Source: an uncultured Rivularia sp.
GTDB taxonomy: Bacteria; Cyanobacteriota; Cyanobacteriia; Cyanobacteriales; Nostocaceae
Assembly (NCBI GenBank): GCA_963665115.1
Contig: OY762007.1
Location: 6,976,001-7,040,000, forward strand
Reading direction: 5' to 3'
Length of the DNA stretch: 64,000 bases
Shown here: one piece after another, positions 45,878-56,800 of the stretch
Layout of the letters: each line of letters begins with the position of its first letter
How positions within the stretch are numbered: position 1 is the stretch's first letter
Program-made: the position numbers and the translations under genes
Notes under the pieces: generated by a model
Told to the model about the DNA's origin: nothing
Database searches by the model: none
What the model saw: the letters and a program-made list of their open reading frames with translations, nothing else

Positions 45878-46954
45878 TTGACTGCAATGGCTGCTTCGCT
45901 CAAATATACTAAAGAACCACATAAGGAAACTTATAGTGAGATAATCGACGTTCGTTCAAGTAGCGAGTTTGCAGAAGATCGCATCCCCGGTGCAATTAAC
46001 TTGCCGGTTTTAAATGATGCCGAACGCGCTGAAGTTGGAACGATATACAAGCAATTTTCACCTTTTCAAGCTCGGAAAATAGGGGCTGCGATTGTATCAA
46101 AGAATATTTCTAAACACTTAAAGGAACACTTTGCTAACAAAGAAAAAGACTATCAGCCTTTAATTTATTGTTGGCGGGGTGGTCAACGTTCTGCTAGTTT
46201 GGCTACAGTATTATCACAAATTGGTTGGCGAGTAACTTTACTTGAGGGTGGTTACAAAACTTATCGTAGTTATGTACGTCAAGAATTAGATTCTTTACCG
46301 CAACAATTAAATTACAAGATATTATGCGGTTTAACTGGTAGCGGAAAAACCCATATTTTGAGAAATATGCATCAAAGAGGTTTTCAAGTATTAGATTTGG
46401 AAGCTTTGGCAAATCATCGGGGTTCTTTGTTAGGTGAAGAATGGCAAGGTAAACCTTCTCCCCAGCCGCCACAAAAGTATTTTGACTCGAAATTGTTGCA
46501 AGCACTACAAGACTTCAATCCCGATCGAACCGTATGGGTAGAATCAGAAAGTAACAAAATAGGACAAGTTCATTTACCTCAATCTTTATGGAAAGAAATG
46601 AAGCAATCTAGCTGTGTTGAAATGAAACTACCGCTTGATGTGAGAGTGCAATTTTTGTTAGCAGAATATCCGCATTTAGTTGATAATCCCGAAATTCTCA
46701 AAGCAAAGTTAGAAAAATTAAAATCTAATTGTGGTTGGAAGAGAATAAGTAAATGGTATCGAATGATAAATAATCAAGATTGGGAATCGTTTGTCAAAGA
46801 TATGCTGGAATCACATTACGATCCAACTTATCGTAAATCGATGCAGCAAAATTTTAATCAAATAGAAAGAGTTGTTTCTTTAGCCGATTTATCCGACAGC
46901 AGTATTGATAATTGGTTGGATTCTTTAATGCCGAATTTTGTTGGAGTGAAGTGA
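45878..46954 (+). CDS. mnmH: tRNA 2-selenouridine synthase
   Basis: Rhodanese domain IIDVRS...YCWRGGQRS, P-loop GLTGSGKT, LEALANHRGS, VESESNKIG. Confidence 0.94.
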   Translation: MTAMAASLKYTKEPHKETYSEIIDVRSSSEFAEDRIPGAINLPVLNDAERAEVGTIYKQFSPFQARKIGAAIVSKNISKHLKEHFANKEKDYQPLIYCWRGGQRSASLATVLSQIGWRVTLLEGGYKTYRSYVRQELDSLPQQLNYKILCGLTGSGKTHILRNMHQRGFQVLDLEALANHRGSLLGEEWQGKPSPQPPQKYFDSKLLQALQDFNPDRTVWVESESNKIGQVHLPQSLWKEMKQSSCVEMKLPLDVRVQFLLAEYPHLVDNPEILKAKLEKLKSNCGWKRISKWYRMINNQDWESFVKDMLESHYDPTYRKSMQQNFNQIERVVSLADLSDSSIDNWLDSLMPNFVGVK

Positions 46955-47008
46955 AATTCGGCGATTGATATACTTTTGCCCTCTATGGCAAGTGATAATT
47001 AATAATCA

Positions 47009-47119
47009 CTAGTACCGCTGCGCGGAAGTAAAAAGTCAAAAGTAAGAAGTAAAAAGTATTATATGATAAGGCTTTCAAACTTTTTAAATGGGTGCTTTAT
47101 TTACGCCGTACTGTACTAG
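47009..47119. mobile_element. 111-bp MITE-like element bounded by CTAG
   Basis: CTAGTACCGCTGCGCGGAAG...TTTACGCCGTACTGTACTAG: imperfect terminal inverted repeats with an internal AAAAGT(C/A) repeat run. Confidence 0.6.
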
Positions 47120-47530
47120 TGAAAATTGTGGTGTTTTTAGCAGCAATTACCTAAATAAAAATTTTAGAGTTTATCAGGAATGGCCGCAAATAGCACATTT
47201 TTATTGTAGGGGAGGCAAAAAGCGAGGACACTGCGTTGCGGGGGTTCCCCCCATTGTAGCAAGTGTCCGGGTGCAGATTTTCTTCCCCCATTATTGTCGT
47301 GCCGCTGTGTGACACTTCGATCGAGAAGGAAACGGAAAATAGAGATTTTGGTTTCACGCACCAACCGGAGCCTTGTGACAATCGCGTAAGTTCTGTTTAT
47401 GTTTTCGTTGACTTGCAGTTTTCAGCCCTTAAATGTACCCGTAACGTTCAATCAAAAAGAAATAACCACCCATGCCCCAAAGGGTAAATCACTAGGGCTT
47501 TGTACGAGATAAGGAAGTGTTGGAGCGCTT

Positions 47531-47857
47531 TTAGCAAGAGAGTTTAAGACTTATATAACGATTTAAGCTTACATTTTGCGATGCTGCTTCTATAGCAAGC
47601 CTACGGTGGTGTTCTGGAGGAATACGAACTTGAAATTTACCACTGTAGGGTTTTTCTGCAAGAGGTTGTGGAATCCTCTCATTATTCGCTTCCATATCAG
47701 TTACTACATCTTGGACTAAGTTTGTAATACCTTCAAGTGCACTACTTCGATTTTCATCGAGAAAAGATAGGCTAGGGAACTCAGCACAAAGTCCTACAAA
47801 TTCTTGATCCTCTTCTGACCAAGTAACTTTATAAGTGTAGTGTTCGTAGTTAACCAT
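47531..47857 (-). CDS. hicB: HicB family antitoxin
   Basis: HYTYKVTWSEEDQEFVGLCAEFPSLS...YSGKFQVRIPPEHHRRLAIEAASQNVSLN. Confidence 0.92.
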   Translation of the reverse strand: MVNYEHYTYKVTWSEEDQEFVGLCAEFPSLSFLDENRSSALEGITNLVQDVVTDMEANNERIPQPLAEKPYSGKFQVRIPPEHHRRLAIEAASQNVSLNRYISLKLSC

Positions 47858-48104
47858 CTTGTATTTCCTCCATTTTTTCAATAGCGTCTAAAACCTGCCT
47901 TACTTGATAAACCTTCGCTTTTCCATCCTTTTCTTGAATGTTAACGCGTGGATCTCCCGCCCAAGGCGTTTTATAGATACAATGGCTTGTTCCTTGCTGT
48001 CTAGGTTCTCCAAAGTAATGATTACAGAGCTTCATTAAATCGGTAAAGCTAACATTCTTCTGATTCTCCTTTATCTGAGCAAGGAGTTTTTCGATTTTTG
48101 CCAT
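47850..48104 (-). CDS. hicA: HicA-like toxin
   Basis: NVSFTDLMKLCNHYFGEPRQQGTSHCIYKTPW...AKVYQVRQVL; overlaps hicB. Confidence 0.88.
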   Translation of the reverse strand: MAKIEKLLAQIKENQKNVSFTDLMKLCNHYFGEPRQQGTSHCIYKTPWAGDPRVNIQEKDGKAKVYQVRQVLDAIEKMEEIQDG

Positions 48105-48182
48105 AGGTTTTTATACCAAATCATAGTCAGTAAGTAGAAGGTTCCTACAAAATGACCGCGACTGGGTATTAACTTTAGATTT

Positions 48183-48212
48183 ATAATAGTATCAATATTG
48201 ATACTATGTCAA
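48183..48212 (-). promoter_or_regulatory. Sigma70-type promoter of hicAB with a perfect 22-bp palindromic operator
   Basis: Minus strand TTGACA (48212-48207)-N18-TATTAT (48188-48183); ATAGTATCAATATTGATACTAT at 48186-48207. Confidence 0.75.
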
Positions 48213-48579
48213 GCCCTGTTGTCAGAATATTAAAAGTTTTCACTCAATTAATTGCTTGGTTACTTTTATCCCTAAAACGTTAAATGTAGAGAAGAACCAT
48301 TATTCGGTTTTGCCTGTAGGTAGGGTTGCGCGATCGCAAGCACCAATAGACATTTACAATTTTGCTAAATCTGACTTTTTCGTCTTGTTCAGGGATAAGA
48401 CATAGCTGTCCTAAGCAAGGGAAAATATAGGTTAAATTTAGTACTTACGCACTCCTAACTCTAAATAAGGCTTTGCAATCAGTTAGCACAGCGAATAATG
48501 ACCTAAACACGTAATCCGTGAGTAAGCTATGAAGTTACAAAAAATGCTTTAGTCCTAAAGTCAAACTACAGTTTAAAAT

Positions 48580-49245
48580 ATGCAGATAAAACAACGTCAT
48601 GATTGGAATTTAACCACATCAGAAGCTAAAGTTATCCAAGAAGAATTACAAAAAGAAGTTATTACCGAAGATAAATTTGAAAAACCAGTCAAGTATGTTG
48701 CTGGTGTCGATATGGGTTTTGAAGATAATGGAAAAACCAGCCGTGCTGCGGTAGCGGTGTTGAGTTTTCCAGATTTACAGCTACAAGAACAAAGTATAGC
48801 TAAACGTCCCACGAGTTTTCCTTACATTCCTGGTTTTCTATCATTTCGTGAAATTCCAGCGGTACTGGATGCGCTACAAAAGATAAATACGATACCAGAT
48901 ATAATTCTGTGTGACGGTCAAGGATTGGCTCATCCTCGTAGATTAGGAATTGCTTGTCATTTGGGTGTAATTCTTGATATGCCAACCATTGGTGTCGCCA
49001 AATCTTGGCTGATAGGCGATTATAAAGAAGTTTCCCAAGAAAAAGGAAGTTGGCAGCCTTTAATACATAAGAATGAAACGATAGGAGCAGTACTACGCAC
49101 TCGTTCCAATGTAAAACCAGTATACGTTTCTAGCGGTCACCGCATTAGTTTACCAACCGCAATTGATTACGTATTGCGCTGTACCCCGAAATATCGTTTA
49201 CCCGAAACTACTCGTATTGCGGATAAGTTGGCTTCTGATAGGTGA
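48580..49245 (+). CDS. nfi: Endonuclease V
   Basis: VAGVDMGF, FPYIPGFLSFRE, LCDGQGLAHPRR, IGVAKS, YRLPETTRIAD. Confidence 0.97.
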   Translation: MQIKQRHDWNLTTSEAKVIQEELQKEVITEDKFEKPVKYVAGVDMGFEDNGKTSRAAVAVLSFPDLQLQEQSIAKRPTSFPYIPGFLSFREIPAVLDALQKINTIPDIILCDGQGLAHPRRLGIACHLGVILDMPTIGVAKSWLIGDYKEVSQEKGSWQPLIHKNETIGAVLRTRSNVKPVYVSSGHRISLPTAIDYVLRCTPKYRLPETTRIADKLASDR

Positions 49246-49450
49246 GAGTGATTGGGAGATGGGGAGGTGGGGAGATGGGGGGACAAGGAGACAAGGAGAA
49301 AAAGTAAAATCTTAACCTTTAACCTTCGACCTTTGACCTTTAACCTTTAACTTTTAAGCTTGATTACTTATACTTGCTCGTGTTAGGAATCGCACAGACA
49401 ATGATTGAAGTTGCTTAGTCAGAGAGAGAAGCTCAGAGCTTGTTAATATA

Positions 49451-50035
49451 ATGAATTCACTAACTTTACAGTGGCGCGATGCCGATCGAGAAAAAACTCA
49501 GATAATTTACGAGCAGCAGCCTAGTAAAAATGCTGGTACTGTTCGTATTGGTCGCGACCCTCAACGGTGCGATATTGTTTTGAGTCATCCTACTGTATCG
49601 GGCTTACACGTCGAAATATTTTTTAATTCTGGACAAAAACGGTTTCATGTCCGCAGTTTAAGAGAAAAGAATCCTCCTTTAGTCGATGGAAAGCAGTTGG
49701 TTAAAGGAGATACATCTTTGAATGAAGGCAGCATTCTTTGCTTGGGGCAAATGGAATTGAAAATTATTAATATTAGTATTCCGCAAGTTAATAGCTTTCC
49801 TGCAACAATTTTGGAACCGCCAAAACCAGGTCAAAATACCCAACCAGTAATTCCTGTCACACCCTCAAAATCGTCTTCCCCAACAGCACCTTTACTAAAA
49901 AGTTCTTACGGTTTGCAATGTCCTAATTGTCATAAAGTATCTTCTATCGAACATATCCAAGTCGGTTGTCCTTGGTGCGGCACTTCTTTAGCTGCGGCGA
50001 TGAGTGTTTTAGTTGCACCAGATAGTAATCAGTGA
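49451..50035 (+). CDS. FHA domain protein with C-terminal zinc ribbon
   Basis: IGRDPQRCDIVLSHPTVSGLH; CPNC...GCPWCG. Confidence 0.88.
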   Translation: MNSLTLQWRDADREKTQIIYEQQPSKNAGTVRIGRDPQRCDIVLSHPTVSGLHVEIFFNSGQKRFHVRSLREKNPPLVDGKQLVKGDTSLNEGSILCLGQMELKIINISIPQVNSFPATILEPPKPGQNTQPVIPVTPSKSSSPTAPLLKSSYGLQCPNCHKVSSIEHIQVGCPWCGTSLAAAMSVLVAPDSNQ

Positions 50036-50118
50036 ACAGTTAACAGTTATAAATGAATAATTACTAACAACTAACAACTAACTACTAACTACTAACTACT
50101 AACTACTAATAAAAATAT

Positions 50119-52107
50119 ATGTCAAATAATTTAGAAATTCATTTGAGTTGGGAAGATCCGGCTACTGGGGAATTACGAGAACCAAATTTAAGAATTCCGA
50201 TTGCTTTTGGTAGAGAATTTTCTCAAATGCCTGCCGAACTCCGGGGACAGCGTGTTTCGCGAATACTGCTCGATAGTAGTGAAATTTCCCGATATCATGC
50301 GCTGATTGATTGGGAACAAGATCAATTAGTTGTAATTGACCAAAATAGCGTTAACGGTATTTATGTTAATGCTAATCGTCAGAAACGTAGCGTGATTAAT
50401 AGTGGCGATACTTTAAAAATTGGACCTTATGAAATAACTCTTTCTTTTTCTTTAAATACACCGATAGCAGCATCTACACCTGCTCCAATATCTGCACCTA
50501 TACCAACTAATTCTACTATCCAATTTAATCCGGCGACTAATTTACCAGATCCGACTTTACCTCCGGAGCCAGCAGCAACACCTTTAGGCTCGAGTTTTCC
50601 ACCACCAATTTTTCAAGAAGAAAAGGTTCCGGTACAGGCACTTCACGCTACAGGTTTACAGGTAGATGAAACCGATTATTTGGCTTTGGGAGGCGGTTTA
50701 GGAAGTTATATTTGGGCAGATTTATTAAGAATATATGGTGTTAGTAGTGAAAAAATTATCGCTTTGGGTTTAGATAAAGAACCATTTGCTCGATACAAGC
50801 GTTTATGTCTGAATTCGCAAATACCTTTGCATGAAAGATTGCGTTCTAATTCCGATTCTTGTCCCGATAATATATGGGGTTGGCCAAGTTATGGTTTGCG
50901 GGAGGCTTGGCGCGATTTTGGTAAGGGAAGGTTAAATGATTCGTTTAAATATCTGTGGAAGGTTTTTGCGGAACCAGATTACGCTGAAACTTATACTCCC
51001 CGCGCAAATAATGTTTTTGATTCTATAGAAAGGGAAGCCAAGCGTATTGGTTGGGAGCAAATCTACCGCTATGGAAGAATACGAGCGATTCGTAAAACTG
51101 ATGATGGTAGATATTGCGTAGCTTATTCAAAGGGAAGAGGAGATCATGCTTTTTACGTAGCTCGTTTTTTACATTTAGCAACGGGTTATCCTGCAATTCA
51201 GTTTCTTCCAGATTTACAGGCTTATCGGGAGAAATATCGCGATTTCAAGTCTGTAGTTAATGCTTATGAAGACCACAGTCACGTTTACGAGCAATTAGAG
51301 CGTCAAGGTGGCAAAGTTTTAATTCGAGGACGCGGTATTGTGGCTTCTCGGATTATTCAACGGATTTATGAAGCACGTAAGAAGAATCCCAAGATTACAG
51401 TTTTGCACTTAATGCGATCGCCTAAACCCAAGGGTAATAAGTTCGGTAAAACCCAGCGGATGGTGAAGCATCATTTTGAATTTCAGCCGTTTAACTGGCC
51501 TAAAGCTTGTTGGGGTGGTGAATTACGGGTAATGCTCGAAAATGCGACTCCGGACGAGCGTAAGAGCTTATTGGCAGATTGGGGAGGTACTACCACCGCA
51601 GATCGCTTAGATTGGCAACAAATCACGGAAGAGAGTTTGCGAGATGGTTGGTATAAGATCGAATTTGGCGAAGTGCAAAGTGTAGAACACGATGCCCAAT
51701 ATGGAACTCTTACCCGCATCAAAGAAAAAGGTTCTAACGGACAAATTACTCTCAATGCAGACTTTATTGTTGATGCGACGGGATTGGATGCCAAAGTCCA
51801 AGCAAGTCCGTTACTAGAAGATTTAGTTCAACGTTATAGCTTGCCATTAAATCACTTGTCTAGATTAGATGTAGCTAACGACTTTGAATTAGTAGAAATG
51901 CGTAATGGTAAAGGTAAAATGTATGTTGCGGGTGCAATTACCTTGGGCGGTCCTTATGCAGCAGTAGATAGCTTTCTCGGTTTGCAGTATTCTGTTTTAC
52001 GAACCGTAGACGGATTAGCAATCGCCCGCGCTCCTGGCGTAAAAAGATTAAATGCCATTTCTTCTTTCAGGCAATGGATGAAATGGGTGTCAAATCAATC
52101 ACCTTGA
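50119..52107 (+). CDS. FHA domain fused to an FAD/NAD(P)-dependent oxidoreductase-like domain
   Basis: FGR...ISRYHA...NSVNG (FHA), Pro-rich linker, LGGGLGS, HLATGYP, IRGRGIVA, VDATG. Confidence 0.8.
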   Translation: MSNNLEIHLSWEDPATGELREPNLRIPIAFGREFSQMPAELRGQRVSRILLDSSEISRYHALIDWEQDQLVVIDQNSVNGIYVNANRQKRSVINSGDTLKIGPYEITLSFSLNTPIAASTPAPISAPIPTNSTIQFNPATNLPDPTLPPEPAATPLGSSFPPPIFQEEKVPVQALHATGLQVDETDYLALGGGLGSYIWADLLRIYGVSSEKIIALGLDKEPFARYKRLCLNSQIPLHERLRSNSDSCPDNIWGWPSYGLREAWRDFGKGRLNDSFKYLWKVFAEPDYAETYTPRANNVFDSIEREAKRIGWEQIYRYGRIRAIRKTDDGRYCVAYSKGRGDHAFYVARFLHLATGYPAIQFLPDLQAYREKYRDFKSVVNAYEDHSHVYEQLERQGGKVLIRGRGIVASRIIQRIYEARKKNPKITVLHLMRSPKPKGNKFGKTQRMVKHHFEFQPFNWPKACWGGELRVMLENATPDERKSLLADWGGTTTADRLDWQQITEESLRDGWYKIEFGEVQSVEHDAQYGTLTRIKEKGSNGQITLNADFIVDATGLDAKVQASPLLEDLVQRYSLPLNHLSRLDVANDFELVEMRNGKGKMYVAGAITLGGPYAAVDSFLGLQYSVLRTVDGLAIARAPGVKRLNAISSFRQWMKWVSNQSP

Positions 52108-52449
52108 ATCACTGAGCAGTTATCAGTGACCAGTGTTTTTTTATCTAAGCAATTTTTATTGATAATTGATAATTGATAATTGTTCATTGAAAAATCAATG
52201 TAGCCATTTACCCTAACTGTAATTGGCGAAAATACATAAAAACATTATTATGCTCCATCGACGTTACAATCTATGACAGGCACTGCGTATAAATATTGAA
52301 TTGCTTTACATTATCTTTAAGTTAAAAAGTCACTTCCTTCACAAATCTTCCCAAAATTTGCATTTTCTTCAAAAGAAACAAATAAAATACCCTGAAATGG
52401 TGTAGAAATGTATAGAATCTTTTAAATATATAAAATATAGTCTTTTTAG

Positions 52450-53169
52450 ATGCAAACATTTGTACCTCCTTCAATGCAGCTATCTGTAGTACCGAATAGC
52501 ACTCACCCTTTAAAGATTGTGGCACTAGGGGATAGTTTAGTTTACGGATTTGGTGACCCGGATGGAGGTGGCTGGGTTGAAAGATTGCGGCGAACTTGGA
52601 TGTTGCCTGAAAGTGCCGGACACGTTCTTTATAATTTGGGTGTACGTGGCGATCGCACATTCCAAGTAGCAACAAGATTAGAAGTCGAATTTCGTCATCG
52701 AGGAGAATTGCGAAATCGAGTACCTGACATAATTATATTATCAGTAGGAGTAAATGATTCTGCCCGAGTAGGTCGTCCTGACGGAAAGAATTACACTAAT
52801 TTTGTCAATTTTGAGGAGCAGCTTACTTGTTTACTGCAACAAGCCCAGAAACTTTGTCCGGTGCTATTTGTAGGCATGGTACCAGTGGATGAGGTGAAAA
52901 TGCCCTTTCTTAACTGCTTGTACTACAATCGCGATGACCAGTATCGTTATAAAGAAGCAACTCGGCTTGCTTGTCGAAAACAAGGAATACCTTATCTAGA
53001 TATTTTCGACAAATGGATGCAACATCCCGAAACTTGGAGAGTTAAGCGCTTGAGTAGCGATGGTCTTCATCCTAATACTCTAGGTTATCAAACCTTATTA
53101 CAAGACGTAACAAACTGGGAAGCAATTGCTCGTTTTAATTCTGGCGATCGTTACTGGCTTACTTCATAG
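52450..53169 (+). CDS. SGNH/GDSL hydrolase
   Basis: ALGDSLVYG, NLGVRG, GVND, DGLHPN. Confidence 0.93.
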   Translation: MQTFVPPSMQLSVVPNSTHPLKIVALGDSLVYGFGDPDGGGWVERLRRTWMLPESAGHVLYNLGVRGDRTFQVATRLEVEFRHRGELRNRVPDIIILSVGVNDSARVGRPDGKNYTNFVNFEEQLTCLLQQAQKLCPVLFVGMVPVDEVKMPFLNCLYYNRDDQYRYKEATRLACRKQGIPYLDIFDKWMQHPETWRVKRLSSDGLHPNTLGYQTLLQDVTNWEAIARFNSGDRYWLTS

Positions 53170-53329
53170 AAACTTTACAAATTTTTCTCAAACGTCAGTA
53201 CTTGCGGAAAACGCCATAACTATATTGAATAATTCAATATGGATGGCGTTTTTTAATATCTTCTTTAATCTCCTAAAAGTATTAAATTGAGGAGATATGA
53301 TAACGGATAACTGATAACTAATAATTGTT

Positions 53330-53779
53330 ATGACTCCTACATTATTTGGTCGCTGGCAAACTCGTTTATTATTACTCTTTACAGTAGGTTTATTTGTTAG
53401 CCTGCCATTTGCGATTGGTTTGATTGGTTCCCCGCAAAGCGATGTATATTTCTGGATACTCTGCTATGTTGCGATTTTTGGTTTAGGCTGGGATGTCGTA
53501 TACGACCAAATACAAAAGTATCGTTGGGATAGAGATTGGCCCGCAGTATACCAATTATTTGCCGGTATTTGGGAATTTATATTTATAGTTTGTGGAATTA
53601 AATTTTTAGGTTTTTTACCAATACCACTTCCGAAAGAACAATTACCTTTGTTTTGGGTTTTCTTCCACTATTTTGTGGTTTGGTTTGCAGTTTTTATTGC
53701 TTCTCAAAGCATAATGCGGGTTCTTTTCGTCCGCTGGCGCTTTTTTGGCGGGACAGTGGCTGTAAATGCTTCTTATTAA
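53330..53779 (+). CDS. Conserved hypothetical membrane protein (true end probably 53765)
   Basis: MTPTLFGRWQTR, QKYRWDRDWP, four TM segments; removing one G at 53750-53752 gives an RWRFFGGQWL* terminus. Confidence 0.72.
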   Translation: MTPTLFGRWQTRLLLLFTVGLFVSLPFAIGLIGSPQSDVYFWILCYVAIFGLGWDVVYDQIQKYRWDRDWPAVYQLFAGIWEFIFIVCGIKFLGFLPIPLPKEQLPLFWVFFHYFVVWFAVFIASQSIMRVLFVRWRFFGGTVAVNASY

Positions 53780-53792
53780 ACATAAATAAAAT

Positions 53793-53825
53793 TGTAGAGA
53801 CGTGGCTTATTGCTACGTCTCTACA
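53793..53825. repeat. REP-like palindrome TGTAGAGACGT...ACGTCTCTACA
   Basis: 11-bp perfect arms. Confidence 0.8.
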
Positions 53826-53857
53826 TTAGTTATAAGGATTCAATTAATTAAAGCCAA

Positions 53858-56800
53858 TTAAGCGTTTAAGTTAGTGAAATCGTTTACATCAATCAAGGCG
53901 CTATCTACATCAATCAAAGTGACCAAAGTTTGATTGCCTTGAAGAATATTGGTATTGCTTCCACTTGCTGTGATAGTCAAGCTCCCAAAAGTCAAATTAT
54001 CAGAAAAATCTAATTTATCAACACCGTCTTCAAAATCGTAAATAGTATCCTTACCCATATTGGAACTTAGAACGAAAATATCTTTACCACCTTCGCCATA
54101 AAGGCGATCGTTACCAGCACCACCGTCAATTAAATCATCACCTTCGCCAGCTTTAATTAAATCGCTTCCACTACCCCCTAATAACGTATCGTTTCCACCT
54201 TTTCCGTAGAGAAATGTAGTGCTATTGAAGCGAGAAGCATCGATTTTATTGTTACTCTCACCACCAGCTAAGGCTGCTCGTTCAATATTTTGTAACGTAT
54301 CAATGCTTAATTGTCCACCTGTATTAATCTCAGTAGTTTTGAGTTGACTATCCTCAAGCTGAAAATCAACATCAGCGGTTTCTCGTAGGGTGTCAGTACC
54401 TGCTCCACCATCAATACTGTCATCCCCTTCACCACCATAAAGGTTATCGTTTCCACTACCGCCAGTTAAAGTATCGTCGCCAGCTCTTCCGTAAAGGTAA
54501 GTAGTTCCGCTAAAGCCAGATGCATCAATTGTATTTGCGCTATCTCCCCCGCTCAAAGCGACTCGTTCAATATTGACAAAGTTATCGGTACCGTTACCTG
54601 AAACTGTAGTGTCAGTAAGGGTAAAGTTAGTATCAGCGGTTTCTCGCAGGGTGTCAGTACCTGCTCCACCATCAATACTGTCATCCCCTTCACCACCGTA
54701 AAGGTTATCGTTTCCACTACCGCCAGTTAAAGTATCGTCGCCAGATCTTCCGTAGAGATAAGCACTTCCACTGTAAGCAGATGCATCAATTGTATTTGCG
54801 CTATCTCCCCCGCTCAAAGCGACTCGTTCAATATTGACAAAGTTATCGGTACCGTTACCTGAAACTGTAGTGTCAGTAAGGGTAAAGTTAGTATCAGCGG
54901 TTTCTCGCAGGGTGTCAGTACCTGCTCCACCATCAATACTGTCATCACCTTCCCCACCATAGAGGTTATCGTTTCCACTACCGCCAGTTAAAGTATCGTC
55001 GCCAGCTCTTCCGTAGAGATAAGCACTTCCACTGTAAGCAGAAGCATCAATTGTATTTGCGCTATCTCCCCCGCTCAAAGCGACTCGTTCAATATTGACA
55101 AAGTTATCGGTACCGTTACCTGAAACTGTAGTGTCAGTAAGGGTAAAGTTAGTATCAGCAGTTTCTCGCAGGGTGTCAGTACCTGCTCCCCCATCAATAC
55201 TGTCATCCCCTTCACCACCATAAAGGTTATCGTTTCCACTACCGCCAGTTAAGGTATCGTCGCCAGCTCTTCCGTAGAGATAAGCACTTCCACTGTAAGC
55301 AGATGCATCAATTGTATTTGCGCTATCTCCCCCGCTCAAAGCGACTCGTTCAATATTTATAAAGTTATCGGTACCGTTACCTTGAAGTTGGGTGTTAGTA
55401 AGGGTAAAATCAACATCAGCGGTTTCTCGCAAGGTGTCAATACCTGCTCCACCATCAATACTGTCATCACCTTCCCCACCATAGAGGTTATCGTTTCCAC
55501 TACCGCCAGTTAAAGTATCGTCGCCAGCTCTTCCGTAAAGGTAAGTAGTTCCGCTAAAGCCAGAAGCATCAATTGTATTTGCGCTATCTCCCCCACTCAA
55601 AGCGACTCGTTCAATATTGACAAAGTTATCGGTACCGTTACCTTGAAGTTGGGTGTCAGTAAGGGTAAAGTTAGTATCAGCAGTTTCTCGCAGGGTGTCA
55701 GTACCTGCTCCCCCATCAATACTGTCATCACCTTCCCCACCATAGAGGTTATCGTTTCCACTGCCGCCAGTTAAAGTATCATCGCCAGCTCTTCCGTAGA
55801 GATAAGCACTTCCACTGTAAGCAGATGCATTAATTGTATTTGCGCTATCTCCCCCGCTCAAAGCGACTCGTTCAATATTGACAAAGTTATCGGTACCGTT
55901 ACCTTGAAGTTGGGTGTCAGTAAGGGTAAAATTAGTATCAGCAGTTTCTCGCAGGGTGTCAGTACCTGCTCCACCATCAATACTGTCATCACCTTCCCCA
56001 CCATAGAGGTTATCGTTTCCAGTACCGCCAGTTAAAGTATCGTTTCCAGCGAATCCGAAAAGGAAATCATTTCCTGCTTTACCATCGATAACGTCATCTT
56101 CTGGACTTCCCTTAAGCCGATCGTTTTCGGAAGTTCCATCGATTTGACTTCCCGCAACATCATTAAGGTTAATAGTAACGGTTGCCGGATTGCTGGTATT
56201 AGTTTCGTCACTGACACTTACTTGTAATTGAAAACTGGGATTAGTTTCAAAATCAAGGTCGTCAGCATCGTTAACAATAATATTTCCGGTGTTAGAGTTG
56301 ATTGCAAATGCATTTTTACCATCGCCGTCAACATCTAAGTTTCCGTCTAGAATTTGCCAGTTTGATAAAGTATCGCTATCGGGATCTGTAGCAATTACTT
56401 TACCTACAAAAGTACCGCGAACGGCATTTTCATCAACTTTAAAGAAAGAAGGATTATTAGAGTTCGTAGTAACTGAAATATCGCTTAACTTAACTTCTGC
56501 TGAAGCAGTAGGTGTATTATCACCAAAGAACAGAAAACTAGATTTATCATAAGGATCGGCAGGAGTAACTGAAAAACCAAATTTTGTCTGGTAATCTGCT
56601 GGTTTAAATGCAGTGTAATCCCTCAATTCACCTTCGAGAATAGAGTTACCGTCTGCAAATAAAGTGTAGCGATCGCCTTTTACTGCCAAGTCGTACTTAA
56701 CTACTTTAGCTGTAGTATCAAAGTTTACTCCTTCTTCTCCTTGAGTAAATAAAGTACCTTCTAAATTGGAAGCTGTGGGTTCTTCGCTACCGTCTTCCTG

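Noticed and set aside
45878..46954. mnmH as a sign of a selenium-utilisation island
   Set aside because: No selD, selA or selB and no tRNA-Sec is visible in the window, so this cannot be assessed here.
47088..47487. Four overlapping short ORFs, or a possible tRNA/attC site
   Set aside because: The ORFs run through dispersed repeats and have no recognisable motifs; I could not build a cloverleaf or attC structure by eye.
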